From Candidatus Krumholzibacteriia bacterium (lineage in GTDB: Bacteria > Krumholzibacteriota > Krumholzibacteriia > WVZY01 > JAKEHA01), in NCBI GenBank assembly GCA_029865265.1, contig JAOUHG010000004.1, positions 1,621 to 65,620 on the forward strand: 64,000 bases of DNA. Reading direction: 5' to 3'. The translations under genes were made by a program, and so were the position numbers. Under the pieces are notes generated by a model. It searched no databases, had not been told where the DNA came from, and saw only the letters and a program-made list of their open reading frames with translations. Position 1 is the stretch's first letter. Each line of letters starts with the position of its first letter. Positions 31,269-42,704 of this stretch are shown here, piece by piece.

Positions 31269-32732
31269 TCAGTGGGGCATGGGCGCCGGCTCTCCGGGGG
31301 GCACGGCGCCGCCGAGAATGTGGCGAATGACGTCCGCGGCCGAATAGCCGTCTCCATTGTTGCGCACGAGGTCGGGGACGGTTGCAATGTCGTCGCCGGC
31401 CGTCACCATCGGGGGTTCAACGTAACCGTCTTCCCGCTGCTGCGGGTAGCCCGCGGTGGCGTTGAGCGCGTTGCACAGGCAGACGCGGCCCTCCGTATCC
31501 GCGATATCGCCGCCGCTTCTCACAAAGTCTTCCACCGGTTCGGCGGGACAGCGGTAGCCGATCGAGCCATCGTCCTTCTTGAACAGCGTGCGCAGGAAGC
31601 GCAGGTCGCAGATGCGTTCGCGCGCCGCGTACACGCGATCGTCGGAGAGCGTTCCCGCCACGCGCACCACCTTGAATGGAAACCCGGTGGGGGACACGGT
31701 GGTTGCGGTGAGGATCGATGTCCCCCTGGCGCACGCTTCCCGCAGGACACGCCGCTTCAATCCCGGGTCCATGCCGGATTCGTTGCAGAAGGCGAAGGGG
31801 GTTCCCACCTGAACGCCCGTCGCACCTTCGGCCAGCGCCGCGCGCAGACGTTCCGGATGGCCGTAGCCGCCGGCCAGCCAGAACGGCACCCCGAAGGCAC
31901 GCATCTTCTCGGACGCCACCACGTCCTTCTCGCCGTAGACGGGTTCGCCGCTCAGGCTGAGGTGCAGCGGCCCGCGCGGCGGGGCGTTGTGACCCCCGGC
32001 GGTGGGGCCCTCCACCACGAAACCGTCCACGGATCCCTCGCTGCGTTTGAGCAGCGCGCTCGCGAGCACGGTCGAAGAAACGATGGGGACAAAGCGCGGG
32101 CGTTTCAGTTCGCCCATGCGGTTGTCGATTCCGGGGAAGAGACGCTCCGGATCGAAATGAATGACGAAGTTGTCGTCCGGCCTGGCACCCTGCACGTCGA
32201 GCCGGTAGGTGACGGGTTCGTGGTGCGACAGCCGGTCGAGCACCGCGGCAACCTGGATGGGAATGCCGGCGCCCATCAAGACGTAGTCGACTCCCGCCAG
32301 CATTGCGCCGTAGAGCGAGGCCAGGTTGGGCAACTGCACCTTCTCCAGCAGGTTGATTCCCACCGGCCCGGCGTGCCCGTGTTTTGCCAGGAACACCTCG
32401 ACGTAGTTGGCGACGACCGTGAACCGATCCGCGAAGAGCGACGGAAGCACGGTGTGCGCGGGGGGAATCTTGTACGGGGTGTCCGGAGCCTTGCCGCCGG
32501 GGACGTAGTAACGGCGCAGGATGGTCTGCACGGATTCCGGAAACGGGAAGCTCTCCAGCGCGCGGCGCATGTGCCCGCCGGGGTCGCCGTCCATCAGCCG
32601 GCTGGCGATCACGCGGGTGAGCCCGGTGCCGGACACCACGCCGAGCTGGCCGAGTTGCGAAACGGCGCTGGCGAGGCGCCAGTTGGAGATGGCGACACCC
32701 ATGCCGCCCTGGATGATCAATGGATCGCTCAA
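31269..32732 (-). CDS. Nitronate monooxygenase / 2-nitropropane dioxygenase-family FMN oxidoreductase
   Basis: IIQGGMGVAISNWRLASAVSQLGQLGVVSGTG and WLAGGYG are typical NMO/FabK-like motifs. Confidence 0.8.
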   Translation of the reverse strand: MSDPLIIQGGMGVAISNWRLASAVSQLGQLGVVSGTGLTRVIASRLMDGDPGGHMRRALESFPFPESVQTILRRYYVPGGKAPDTPYKIPPAHTVLPSLFADRFTVVANYVEVFLAKHGHAGPVGINLLEKVQLPNLASLYGAMLAGVDYVLMGAGIPIQVAAVLDRLSHHEPVTYRLDVQGARPDDNFVIHFDPERLFPGIDNRMGELKRPRFVPIVSSTVLASALLKRSEGSVDGFVVEGPTAGGHNAPPRGPLHLSLSGEPVYGEKDVVASEKMRAFGVPFWLAGGYGHPERLRAALAEGATGVQVGTPFAFCNESGMDPGLKRRVLREACARGTSILTATTVSPTGFPFKVVRVAGTLSDDRVYAARERICDLRFLRTLFKKDDGSIGYRCPAEPVEDFVRSGGDIADTEGRVCLCNALNATAGYPQQREDGYVEPPMVTAGDDIATVPDLVRNNGDGYSAADVIRHILGGAVPPGEPAPMPH

Positions 32733-32989
32733 CCGTGTGTTCCTGAATCGGAGGGGGCTCGTTGTCTGAGGTCCGTCACACTCTGAAGATAGTAAAAGAA
32801 GATTGGTTTGTCTTTATATATTTGGGGGCGCGGCGATGTCCGCCAACTTGCCCAGGGACGGTGGATTACGGGAGACCTGCGGGAGCCGCGCTTGCGATTA
32901 TCCGAAGATTGCGCGTGATCCACCGGGGAGGCATATCTGGACAAGTGTGTCCGCTGTTGCTAGCTTGAAGGTGAACATCGGAGGGTGTC

Positions 32990-34405
32990 ATGCGCCTGCT
33001 CCTTATCAACCCTCGCAATCCACTCGTCAATATCACCAACAGGAAAAACTACTGGAACAAGTACCGGGTGTGGAAGCCGCTCGGTCTCCTGGTGCTGGCC
33101 GGTCTCACGCCGCCGGAGTGGGAGATCACGGTGGTGGACGAGAATGTGCATGGCGTCGACTACTCCGGGCTGCCACGTCCGGACCTCGTGGGTGTCACCG
33201 CGTTCACGTCCCAGGCGCCGCGCGCGTACGAAGTGGCGGCGCTGTTCCGCGGGTGGGGGGTGCCCGTCGTCATGGGCGGCATCCACGCCACCATGCGCCC
33301 GAAGGAAGCCGCGGAACGGGTGGATGTGGTGGTCACGGGCGAGGCCGAGAGTGTGTGGCCGCGCGTGCTGAGCGACGCCGCGCGGGGAGCCATGCAGTCG
33401 CTGTATGCCGGCGGTCACGAAGACATGGAACATGCGCCGCTGGCGCGGCACGATCTGCTGCCAACCGGCTATGAACTGGGAGCCATTCAAACCACGCGCG
33501 GGTGTCCGCTCAACTGCAGCTTCTGCAGCGTCAGCGCGTTCAACGGACGGGCGTACCGGCGCCGTTCCATCGAGGACGTGGTGGCGGAGTTCAAGCTGAT
33601 CCGGGAGAAACTCGTGCTCGTGGTGGACGACAATCTCATCGGCACCCGGCGGGATCACATCGCGCGGGCAAAAGACCTGTTTCGCGCGATGATCGACGCG
33701 GATCTCGGCAAGCAGTGGATCTGCCAGGCCACCATCAACATGGCGGACGACGAGGAACTGCTCCAGCTGGCCCGGCGGGCGGGGTGTGCCGGTGTTTTCA
33801 TCGGCTTCGAATCGGTCACCGATGAGGGGCTGCTCGAGGTCCACAAGAAGTACAACATGCAGAAGGACCGCAATTTCAGGGCGTCGGTAAGAAGGATCCA
33901 ACGGCACGGCATCACCATCGCCGGCTCGTTCATCATGGGGCTGGACGCGGATCGGCCGGGCATCGGCCTCGAGATCGCCAGAACGGCCAGCCGGTACGGC
34001 GTGGATATTCTCAATACGATGTTTCTGACACCGCTGCCGGGGACGGATCTCTGGAAGAAAATGGAAGCGGAAGGACGCATTGCCGCCGATCGCTTCCCGG
34101 AGGACTGGAAGTACTACACGCTCACGCTCCCGGTGGGACGCTACCGGAATTTCAGCCTGGATGGCATCGTGGGCGAGATGGACACATGCACACGCACGTT
34201 CTATTCGCTGAGAGGAATCCTGGGCCGCGTGAGCCGCAACGTCTGGGAGAAACGGCGTCCTGTTCTTACCCTGTTTGGCAACCTCACCTATCGCAGCAAC
34301 CATCGCTTGAGCCAGAAGGCGTGCCGGGAATTCGAACAGGCGTGCAACTGGCTGCAGCCGGTCCGCGCGATACCCGCGACGGGCGCCAACCGTCACGCGC
34401 TTTGA
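32990..34405 (+). CDS. B12-binding-domain radical SAM protein
   Basis: The N-terminus shows a B12-binding-like Rossmann fold (MRLLLINPR...GLLVLAGLTP...DLVGVTAFTS). The radical SAM motif is TTRGCPLNCSFCSV. Confidence 0.85.
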   Translation: MRLLLINPRNPLVNITNRKNYWNKYRVWKPLGLLVLAGLTPPEWEITVVDENVHGVDYSGLPRPDLVGVTAFTSQAPRAYEVAALFRGWGVPVVMGGIHATMRPKEAAERVDVVVTGEAESVWPRVLSDAARGAMQSLYAGGHEDMEHAPLARHDLLPTGYELGAIQTTRGCPLNCSFCSVSAFNGRAYRRRSIEDVVAEFKLIREKLVLVVDDNLIGTRRDHIARAKDLFRAMIDADLGKQWICQATINMADDEELLQLARRAGCAGVFIGFESVTDEGLLEVHKKYNMQKDRNFRASVRRIQRHGITIAGSFIMGLDADRPGIGLEIARTASRYGVDILNTMFLTPLPGTDLWKKMEAEGRIAADRFPEDWKYYTLTLPVGRYRNFSLDGIVGEMDTCTRTFYSLRGILGRVSRNVWEKRRPVLTLFGNLTYRSNHRLSQKACREFEQACNWLQPVRAIPATGANRHAL

Positions 34406-34488
34406 GCCGGGTGACGGCGCGCACGAGCCGGGCAATGTCCGGTCGCATCGAGTTCGCGGCTTCACGCGTCATGACTCGCAAACGAAAA

Positions 34489-34526
34489 TCCCCGGCACCG
34501 AGAGGTACCGGGGATTCTGTTTTTTT
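34489..34526 (+). terminator. Rho-independent terminator of the radical SAM gene
   Basis: TCCCCGGCACC-GAGA-GGTACCGGGGA (10 of 11 bp paired) is followed by TTCTGTTTTTTT. Confidence 0.6.
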
Positions 34527-34537
34527 GGTAGCGGGGG
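34525..34537. repeat. attL-like copy of the tRNA-fMet 3' end (TTGGTAGCGGGGG)
   Basis: A 13-bp exact direct repeat of 39934..39946. Confidence 0.6.
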
Positions 34538-34843
34538 TGCGTGATAAGCAGCGAAAGATAGATTTCCCGCCCGTCGACATCATCGAGATCCCGCTGGTTG
34601 CGCGAGGCACCGTCCTGGTGCCGCTCGCGGCGTAACCGGCGGGATTCTTCATTTCTGGGCCCACTGGGGCCCTTTCTCTTCTTCCTCCCCTCACACGGCA
34701 AACCGTGGCGCGTCGCGCCGGGATTTCTTGCGCGCCGCGGGCAGCTAGCGCCGGCCGGGCATAAACGGGCCCAAATAGGGGCCTAATAAGCTCCTAGCCG
34801 CGTGGGGTCGACCGGCCCCAGTTTCGGATTGGAAGGCGAATCG

Positions 34844-36508
34844 ATGAACAAGACAACCACCAACGAGTCCAGTTCGGCCCAGCGGACCATCGACAGCTGT
34901 TACGAGTTCGTGGAGAAGCACCCCGAACTTGCGCGGCACGAGGAGCGCGAGCAGGTCTTGGCGGAACAGGGGATCGACGTTCCTCCGTCGCATTTCAATT
35001 GCACCGACATGGGCAACGCCGAGCGGCTGGCCGCGACCCACGGGGCGACGCTCCGGTACTGTCAGGCATGGGGTTCATGGATGTGCTGGGACGGGAAACG
35101 ATGGTTTCGCGACAGAACCGGCGTTGCGGCCCGCAAGGCAAAAGCCACGGTGCGGGCCATCTACAACGAAGCGTCGCAACTCAACGACGGCGCGATCAGA
35201 CGCGGACTCGCCAAGCACGCGCTCCGCTCAGAAGCCCAGGGTCGGATTGTCGCCCTGCTGGAGCTGGCGAAGACTGACGCTCGCATCGCGATCCTCCCGG
35301 AGGAGTTTGATGGCCCTGATACGCGGTACCTCCTCAACGTGCTCAATGGAACCATCGATCTTCGCACTGGCGAGTGCCGGCGGCACTCGCCGAGGGACTT
35401 CATCACCAAGCTCGCCCCCGTGACGTTTGATCCCGCGGCCGAGAGCCACCGCTGGGAAGAGTTCCTCGCGCGGATCGTCCCGGACGCCGAGGTGAGGCGC
35501 TTTCTGCAGCGGTACGTAGGAAGTGCTCTCAGCGGAGACACCGGCGACCAGTGCTTCGCGCTGCTGCACGGGACTGGCGCCAACGGGAAGACCACCTTCG
35601 TCGAGGCCTTGTTGGGCCTGCTGGGCGACTACGGGCACCAGCCGTCCTTTGAATCCTTTCTCGAAGCAACCGGACGAAGCGACCGCCGCGGTGGGCCGCG
35701 CGCCGACCTGCTCGCGCTGCGCGGCGTTAGGTTCGTCGCCGCCGTGGAGGCGGGCCCGGGCCGTTGGCTGGATGAGACCGTGATCAAACAGCTTACGGGA
35801 GGAGACACGATTACCGTGCGTGGCCTCTACGAGGCGATGCAGACATCGTTCACCACCGAGGCGAAGATCTGTCTCGTTGCCAACCACCGGCCGGAGATCC
35901 GGGGCGGCGACGAAGCGATCTGGCGACGGGTCCTCGAAGTTCCATTCCTCGTGACGATTCCAAATGCCGAGCGAGATCCGCGGCTCAAGGCAAGGCTGTG
36001 TGAGCCAGCCGAGCTTTCAGGCATTCTGAACTGGGGGATTGCGGGCTGCCGCGAATGGATCGCAGCCGACACAAACCGCCTTCGTCCGCCCGCCGCCGTC
36101 ATGGCTGCGACACGACGTTATCAGTCAGACCAGGACCGGTTCAGACCCTTTCTCGACGAGCACTGTGTTCTGCAGGCGGACGGGTGGGTGTCGAGCCGAG
36201 AGTTGCGGGCTGTATACGAAACGTGGTGTCGGCAGAGCGACGAGAACCCAATGTCGGCGCGTGAGATGGCCGAGCGGCTTCAGTCCGTTGGTGCGACAAA
36301 GGATCGGCGCGGAAGAGGTGCGGCCATGGCTCGCGGGTGGCGTGGCATCGCACTGGCCTCCCACGGGGTGAAAGGGAACGGAGACAGCAGAGACGCTGGA
36401 GACGCGATATTGTCACAACCCTCCCTAGGTTCTCCTCCACGAGGGAGGTTGTCCGAAATGGGTGTCTCTGGTGTCAACGCGTCACCACCGGGGACGGAGC
36501 CGCACTAG
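34844..36508 (+). CDS. Phage/plasmid P4-D5-family replicative NTPase (D5_N + SF3 helicase); no primase domain recognisable
   Basis: NCTDMGNAERLAATHGATLRYCQAWGSWMCWDGKRWFRD (D5_N-type) and the Walker A motif LLHGTGANGKTTF are present. The ATG at 34844 follows GGAAGG. Confidence 0.8.
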   Translation: MNKTTTNESSSAQRTIDSCYEFVEKHPELARHEEREQVLAEQGIDVPPSHFNCTDMGNAERLAATHGATLRYCQAWGSWMCWDGKRWFRDRTGVAARKAKATVRAIYNEASQLNDGAIRRGLAKHALRSEAQGRIVALLELAKTDARIAILPEEFDGPDTRYLLNVLNGTIDLRTGECRRHSPRDFITKLAPVTFDPAAESHRWEEFLARIVPDAEVRRFLQRYVGSALSGDTGDQCFALLHGTGANGKTTFVEALLGLLGDYGHQPSFESFLEATGRSDRRGGPRADLLALRGVRFVAAVEAGPGRWLDETVIKQLTGGDTITVRGLYEAMQTSFTTEAKICLVANHRPEIRGGDEAIWRRVLEVPFLVTIPNAERDPRLKARLCEPAELSGILNWGIAGCREWIAADTNRLRPPAAVMAATRRYQSDQDRFRPFLDEHCVLQADGWVSSRELRAVYETWCRQSDENPMSAREMAERLQSVGATKDRRGRGAAMARGWRGIALASHGVKGNGDSRDAGDAILSQPSLGSPPRGRLSEMGVSGVNASPPGTEPH

Positions 36509-36510
36509 AG

Positions 36511-37530
36511 ATGCGCAGGCGACTCGCAGCACTCCCGCCCTACCAGGGTGGCAAACGCCGGCTCCTCGGGCAGATTTTCAAGTATCTGCCGCGGCCGGCG
36601 GAGGCACCGGTGTTCGTCGACGCGTTCCTGGGCGGTGGGAGCGTGTCGCTCTACGCCAAGGCCCGCGGTTATCGCGTCGTCGCGAACGACATTGCGCTTC
36701 GAAGCCAGATCGTCGGCGAGGCGCTGATTGCGAACGACCGCGTGACGCTGGGCAAAGAGGACATGACGCGGCTGTTCGTTGGGAGTGGCGACGGCCCGGG
36801 CTTCATCGAGGAGCACTTCGCCGACAAGGTCGTGACCGCGGAGCACGCCCGATTTCTCGACACCGCGTTTGAGAACGCGCGAGCAGCCGCGGGGGTGAAG
36901 CGATGGTTGTTGCTCCTCCTGCTCGTCAAGTACGTGTTCCGAATGCGGCCGATGGGGAACTTCGGCGCCCGGACGATCGTCCAGCAGGCGGCGAATGGCG
37001 AGTGGGAGGCGATGAATCCGAACTACGTCCGAGACATGCTGGTTCGTGGCGTCGCCGATCACCCCGCGGCCGTCGCCGAGGTGCTTCGCCGGCAGGTGAA
37101 CCAGGGGGTGTTCTCGAACGGGCACGAGAACCAAGTGCACCGGGCGGACGTGTTCGAGCTTCTGGAGAACGTCGAGGGCGACATTCTCTACCTCGACCCG
37201 CCCTACGCGGGGACCTCGGCCTACGAGACGGCACTCCGCCCGTTGGACGCGATGCTGGAGGGCCGGCTCGTCCGAACCGAGGCAAGCCGGTTCAGTCGTA
37301 CGGAGGGGATTGAGATGATGGAGCGGCTACTCGAGAAGGCGGAACGGTTCCCGGTCTGGGCAATTTCGTACGGGAACGCCGAGACAGACTTGGACGGCTT
37401 GGTGCGCGTGGTCGAGCGGTTCCGGCCGGTCGTTGCAGCCGAGGCCTTCCGCTACACGCACCTGACGGGCTTGAGCGGCGAGGCGCACCGGGAGCGGAAC
37501 CGGGAGCTGCTCGTGGTCGCACGGAGGTAA
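36511..37530 (+). CDS. DNA N6-adenine methyltransferase, D12/Dam class (orphan)
   Basis: PYQGGKRRLL, FVDAFLGGGSV (SAM binding) and LYLDPPYAG (DPPY catalytic motif) are present. Confidence 0.8.
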   Translation: MRRRLAALPPYQGGKRRLLGQIFKYLPRPAEAPVFVDAFLGGGSVSLYAKARGYRVVANDIALRSQIVGEALIANDRVTLGKEDMTRLFVGSGDGPGFIEEHFADKVVTAEHARFLDTAFENARAAAGVKRWLLLLLLVKYVFRMRPMGNFGARTIVQQAANGEWEAMNPNYVRDMLVRGVADHPAAVAEVLRRQVNQGVFSNGHENQVHRADVFELLENVEGDILYLDPPYAGTSAYETALRPLDAMLEGRLVRTEASRFSRTEGIEMMERLLEKAERFPVWAISYGNAETDLDGLVRVVERFRPVVAAEAFRYTHLTGLSGEAHRERNRELLVVARR

Positions 37531-37534
37531 CGAA

Positions 37535-38179
37535 ATGGGTACGGCCGGTGTCGAAAAGCTGACAGTGGTGGAGATTGGTGTCGAAAAACTGACACCGAAC
37601 CCATGGAATCCAAATCGCATGAGCGAGTCGATGCGCGGGAAGCTCAAAGCGTATCTCAAGCGCGAGGGGTTCGTCGAGCCACTGGTCGTTCGGCCGCTGG
37701 GCGAGGGCTACCAGATCCTCGGCGGCTTCCACCGCTGGGAGATCGCGAAGGAGTTGGGCTATGCGACCGTCCCGTGCGTCGTGGTCGAGGTTGACGACAA
37801 GCGGGCGAAGATTCTGACCATCAACCTGAACGAGATGAAGGGGCAGAGTCTCCCAACGCTCCTTGCGAACCTCGTGCACGACCTCTCGAAGGAACTCGTG
37901 CTGGAGGACCTGGAGAAGCAGCTTCCGTACTCGCTGGACGAGCTCAAGGACTCGCTCGACCTCTTGAAGATCCCGGATGGGCTGGAGGACTTCCTGAAAG
38001 GGGAAGCAGAGCGGCAGGCACGCGAGCGGCCGCAGATCCTCACGTTCGTCGTGGAGGACGCGGAGACGGTCGAGCGGGCGATCGAGGCGGCCAAGCGGGG
38101 GCAGGGATTGGGGACGCGGGGGGCGGCCTTGGTCGCCATTGCGCGCGCCTACCTGGCTGCTGAGGAGCACGAGCGATGA
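37535..38179 (+). CDS. ParB N-terminal-domain (ParB-like nuclease) protein
   Basis: VEIGVEKLTPNPWNPNRM, EPLVVRP and ILGGFHRWEIAKELG are present. Confidence 0.75.
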   Translation: MGTAGVEKLTVVEIGVEKLTPNPWNPNRMSESMRGKLKAYLKREGFVEPLVVRPLGEGYQILGGFHRWEIAKELGYATVPCVVVEVDDKRAKILTINLNEMKGQSLPTLLANLVHDLSKELVLEDLEKQLPYSLDELKDSLDLLKIPDGLEDFLKGEAERQARERPQILTFVVEDAETVERAIEAAKRGQGLGTRGAALVAIARAYLAAEEHER

Positions 38180-38664
38180 ATGTCAAGAGCACGCGTCTGC
38201 TCGTGAAAGAGCAGCCCCATCACCTGCGGGCCTTCGAGCACTACTACGGCCTCGGCGAACAGCGGTGCTATGAGCGGGTTTCTACTGAGTTCGCCGTAGC
38301 ATCGAGCACTGTAAAGTTGTGGGCGCGGTCGTTCGGCTGGCAGGAGCGCGTACGAGAACGGGACCTTGAGATTGCGCGCGATGTTGCCGATCGAACGGCA
38401 AGCGGTGAGGTGGACCGCCGGAGCCGCAGCCTTCAAATCGTCCACATGGCGATGGTTCAACTCGCGAAGGCGATCGCGGAAGGGGACATACGGATGACGC
38501 TGGCTGATCTCGACAAGCTGATTCGGCTGGAGGCGTTCCTGAAAGATGAACCCGAGTCGCGGCATGAGGTGATGCTGAACGGTCTCGTGTCAAAGTCCGA
38601 TGCGGAACTTCAGGAGATGGTGAAAGACGAGCTTGAGCGGCTCCGGCAGGTCGGTGGACAATGA
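38176..38664 (+). CDS. Hypothetical island protein (possible small DNA-binding/terminase-small-like protein)
   Basis: The start overlaps the ParB-like stop (ATGA). Coding-like composition; helical, charged C-terminus. Confidence 0.5.
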   Translation: MNVKSTRLLVKEQPHHLRAFEHYYGLGEQRCYERVSTEFAVASSTVKLWARSFGWQERVRERDLEIARDVADRTASGEVDRRSRSLQIVHMAMVQLAKAIAEGDIRMTLADLDKLIRLEAFLKDEPESRHEVMLNGLVSKSDAELQEMVKDELERLRQVGGQ

Positions 38665-38827
38665 CGACTGTCTCGCGTCCGCTCGCGCGCATGCTTCCCA
38701 ATAGTGACCCCCTTGTCATCGTGCCCGGCGCTGAGAGATCTGCTTTTTGACTTGACCGCGCGATCTGTCCCAACTACGTTCACGAAAAGCGACCGTCGTG
38801 TTGGATCAGCGTTCCGTTCGTGCAACC

Positions 38828-39241
38828 ATGACAACAGCGTTTCTTTCTTGTCGGGCCAAGAGACGGTTCCTCGGATTCACAGTCAGTGTACTGTTCCTGG
38901 TGTCCGCATGCACCAAGCGCGTCGAGGTGCGAATCGACGATCTTGCGCGATCACCACAAGGGACTTTCTGTCTTCATATGTATGGAGATAGTACGATTGT
39001 TACGGACGATCTCGTATACGAAGACTCCGTGTTCGTACTTAACAATGTCATTGCAAACGGTAAGCGCACGGAAATAGAACCAACCAGAATTAACCTGAGT
39101 AGTGTCGCCTCGATTGAGGCGGTGAGAACGAACTGGTTGCTTACGGTCGCAATCTGGGGCCCGATTGTCGCGGCTGCGGTAGTTGTGGTGTATTGGATCT
39201 TCTTTGAAGGTCCCGGCGGTGGCCTTGAGGGGACCCCTTGA
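38828..39241 (+). CDS. Hypothetical lipoprotein with C-terminal TM helix (AT-richer segment)
   Basis: MTTAFLSCRAKRRFLGFTVSVLFLVSAC (lipobox) and the C-terminal helix LLTVAIWGPIVAAAVVVVYWIFF. The start is uncertain (ORF opens at 38798). Confidence 0.4.
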   Translation: MTTAFLSCRAKRRFLGFTVSVLFLVSACTKRVEVRIDDLARSPQGTFCLHMYGDSTIVTDDLVYEDSVFVLNNVIANGKRTEIEPTRINLSSVASIEAVRTNWLLTVAIWGPIVAAAVVVVYWIFFEGPGGGLEGTP

Positions 39242-39753
39242 CGTTCTCTGGAAGAGAAGCGGTGGGGCCTGGGAAGAGCGGTGGGCCGTCGCAGGGGATT
39301 TGTGATACACCAATCGTCCCACAGGTTGCGTTCTGCCAGCATGGTGATGACGGTCTGATCCGAAGATCGCCGGAGAATTCATTGCAAAAGACTGGATCGG
39401 TGTGGAGATTCCCCGCAAAGCTTTCTTGATTCTCGATGCAGCCGATCCAGTCGCCGCCGGTATTCCCATAAATGTCCGAACACTGAAGATCAACCTGTGG
39501 CGTTTCCGAAAGAGTGTCGCAGAAAACCGCCACGCCACCCGTATTGAACGCAATAATTGTTAGCGCGATCTGGGATTGTGCGCCCGAGGCGAGTTGCAGC
39601 GATGCGCCGTACAGCGCGAAGTTTGAGAAAAACGTGGATGACGAAATGGACGTGGTTGTGCTCATTCCTGAGTTCGAGGAGGAGGAGTCCCAGAGATATT
39701 CCTCGAAGAGGATGGGGCGCATTTCTCGGAACGTGTGGGTGCTTGACGGGATC

Positions 39754-39755
<2 letters not shown>
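39141..39755 (-). pseudogene. Fragment of a right-handed beta-helix secreted protein (C-terminal module only)
   Basis: IIAFNTGGVAVFCD...LQCSDIYGNTGGDWIGCIENQ...GNLHTDPVFCNEFSGDLRIRPSSPC is a motif series normally found near the end of large beta-helix/T9SS proteins. There is no signal peptide or N-terminal body, and the tail is out of context. Confidence 0.4.
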
Positions 39756-40011
<256 letters not shown>

Positions 40012-40102
40012 ACAATTCTTTGGAGCCGAAGTATCGCTTAGCGGGGGGCTCGCGTCAAGCCCCCCGGGCACGAAAAGCACGATTTTTTCCGATGTTACGA
40101 GG

Positions 40103-40552
40103 CTAATTCGACTTCGGTTGGGCGGGAACCAGCTTGTAGACCTTGTCCCCGGGCTGGATATAGCCGTAGCGCTCGCGGGCCGTCTTCTCGACATAGAACG
40201 GGTCGCTGTCCAGACGCGCGAGCTCCGTCTCCAGCAATGCGGCGCTGTGCTCGAGTTCGGCGATGTTACGGTCCAGGCTCGCGCGTTCGTGGCGCAACAT
40301 GGCAATGCGGATGGCACCGCCGTCACCCAGCACGAACGCGTAGATCAGACCCGCCAGCACCAGGAAGAGGAAAAATCGCTGCACCGGCGCGCTCACCACC
40401 ACCTGGTGGCGGTAGAAGTTGCGCAGAAACGGTCCCACGCTCCCGCCGCTGGTCACCACCGACGAGCCGGTGTGACGGGGGCGCGGTTTGAAGTCGCGAA
40501 AGATCCCTCTGCGATCCACTTCGTTGTCGCGGTCGTATTCCCAGCGCGCCAT
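40103..40552 (-). CDS. ftsB: Septum formation initiator family protein (FtsB/DivIC-like)
   Basis: A single TM helix (FFLFLVLAGLIYAFVL), a coiled coil, and the motif DPFYVEKTARERYGYIQPGDKVYKL. Confidence 0.75.
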   Translation of the reverse strand: MARWEYDRDNEVDRRGIFRDFKPRPRHTGSSVVTSGGSVGPFLRNFYRHQVVVSAPVQRFFLFLVLAGLIYAFVLGDGGAIRIAMLRHERASLDRNIAELEHSAALLETELARLDSDPFYVEKTARERYGYIQPGDKVYKLVPAQPKSN

Positions 40553-40572
40553 GACGTCCTCCGCTTGCCGCC

Positions 40573-41916
<1,344 letters not shown>

Positions 41917-42128
41917 TCAACATAAATCAATTCCAGCGCTTGGGGCTCCGGCCCCGGCGCTGGTATCCGAACGGCCTCGCATGACATCGGGTTGCCCGTG
42001 TGGTGTGCCGCAGCGCACGGAGACCCGCACACCATGAAACACCGGTCGAGGCGCCAGCGGGCGTTGCGATACGGGTGCGCACGCGATGGCGCGGGCGCGG
42101 CACGCAGTGTCCACCGACACAATTCGTT

Positions 42129-42704
42129 GTGAAAGAAGAGGACATCCAACTCGTCGCGAGAGCGCGCACCGGAGACGAGCGCGCGTACCGGGCCTTGCTC
42201 GACAAGTACGAGCGCCCGGTGTTCAGCATTTGCCTGCGCATGGTGCGCAACCGCGACGACGCCACCGACCTGGCGCAGGAATCCTTCATCAAGGTCTTCG
42301 GCTCTCTGGACCGCTACAACCAGGCGTATGCCTTCTCGAGCTGGCTGTTCAAGATCACGTCCAACCTGTGTATTGACTACCTGCGCAAGCGCCGCATCGA
42401 CACGCTGCCCATGGATCAGCCCATCGACGGGGAGAAGGGCGAAATCCAGCGGCAGTATGCCGCACCCGATCCGACGCCGGCCGAGTCGTTCGACCGGCGC
42501 GAGAAGATGGAAAGGCTGGAGTCCGCCATAGGCTCCCTCCCGGAGCACTACCGGATCATGCTGATCCTGCGCCACCAGGAGGACCTGTCCTATGAGGAAA
42601 TCGCCGACCATCTGTCCATCCCGCTGGGCACGGTGAAGGCCCGGATTCACCGGGCACGCGAGATGCTCAAGGGACTGCTCAACGATGCTGAATTTCTAGC
42701 ATGA
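42129..42704 (+). CDS. ECF sigma factor (sigma-24/RpoE-like)
   Basis: A GTG start gives VKEEDIQLVARARTGDERAYRALLDKYERPVFSICLRMV. Region 2: DLAQESFIKVF. Region 4: LSYEEIADHLSIPLGTVKARIHRAR. Confidence 0.85.
   Translation: MKEEDIQLVARARTGDERAYRALLDKYERPVFSICLRMVRNRDDATDLAQESFIKVFGSLDRYNQAYAFSSWLFKITSNLCIDYLRKRRIDTLPMDQPIDGEKGEIQRQYAAPDPTPAESFDRREKMERLESAIGSLPEHYRIMLILRHQEDLSYEEIADHLSIPLGTVKARIHRAREMLKGLLNDAEFLA

Noticed and set aside
32871-32880. A B12-box-like string, GGAGACCTGC, upstream of the B12-binding radical SAM gene (possible cobalamin riboswitch).
   Set aside because: Only the core of the B12 box matches. The other conserved cobalamin-riboswitch elements (the GGGAA/AATC region and GCCACTG) are absent, and the box lies in the middle of the leader rather than near its 3' end.
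34462-34701. A 79-aa minus-strand ORF at the left island border, considered as a possible excisionase.
   Set aside because: It crosses the attL repeat and the radical SAM terminator. It is extremely basic and low-complexity, with no HTH pattern.
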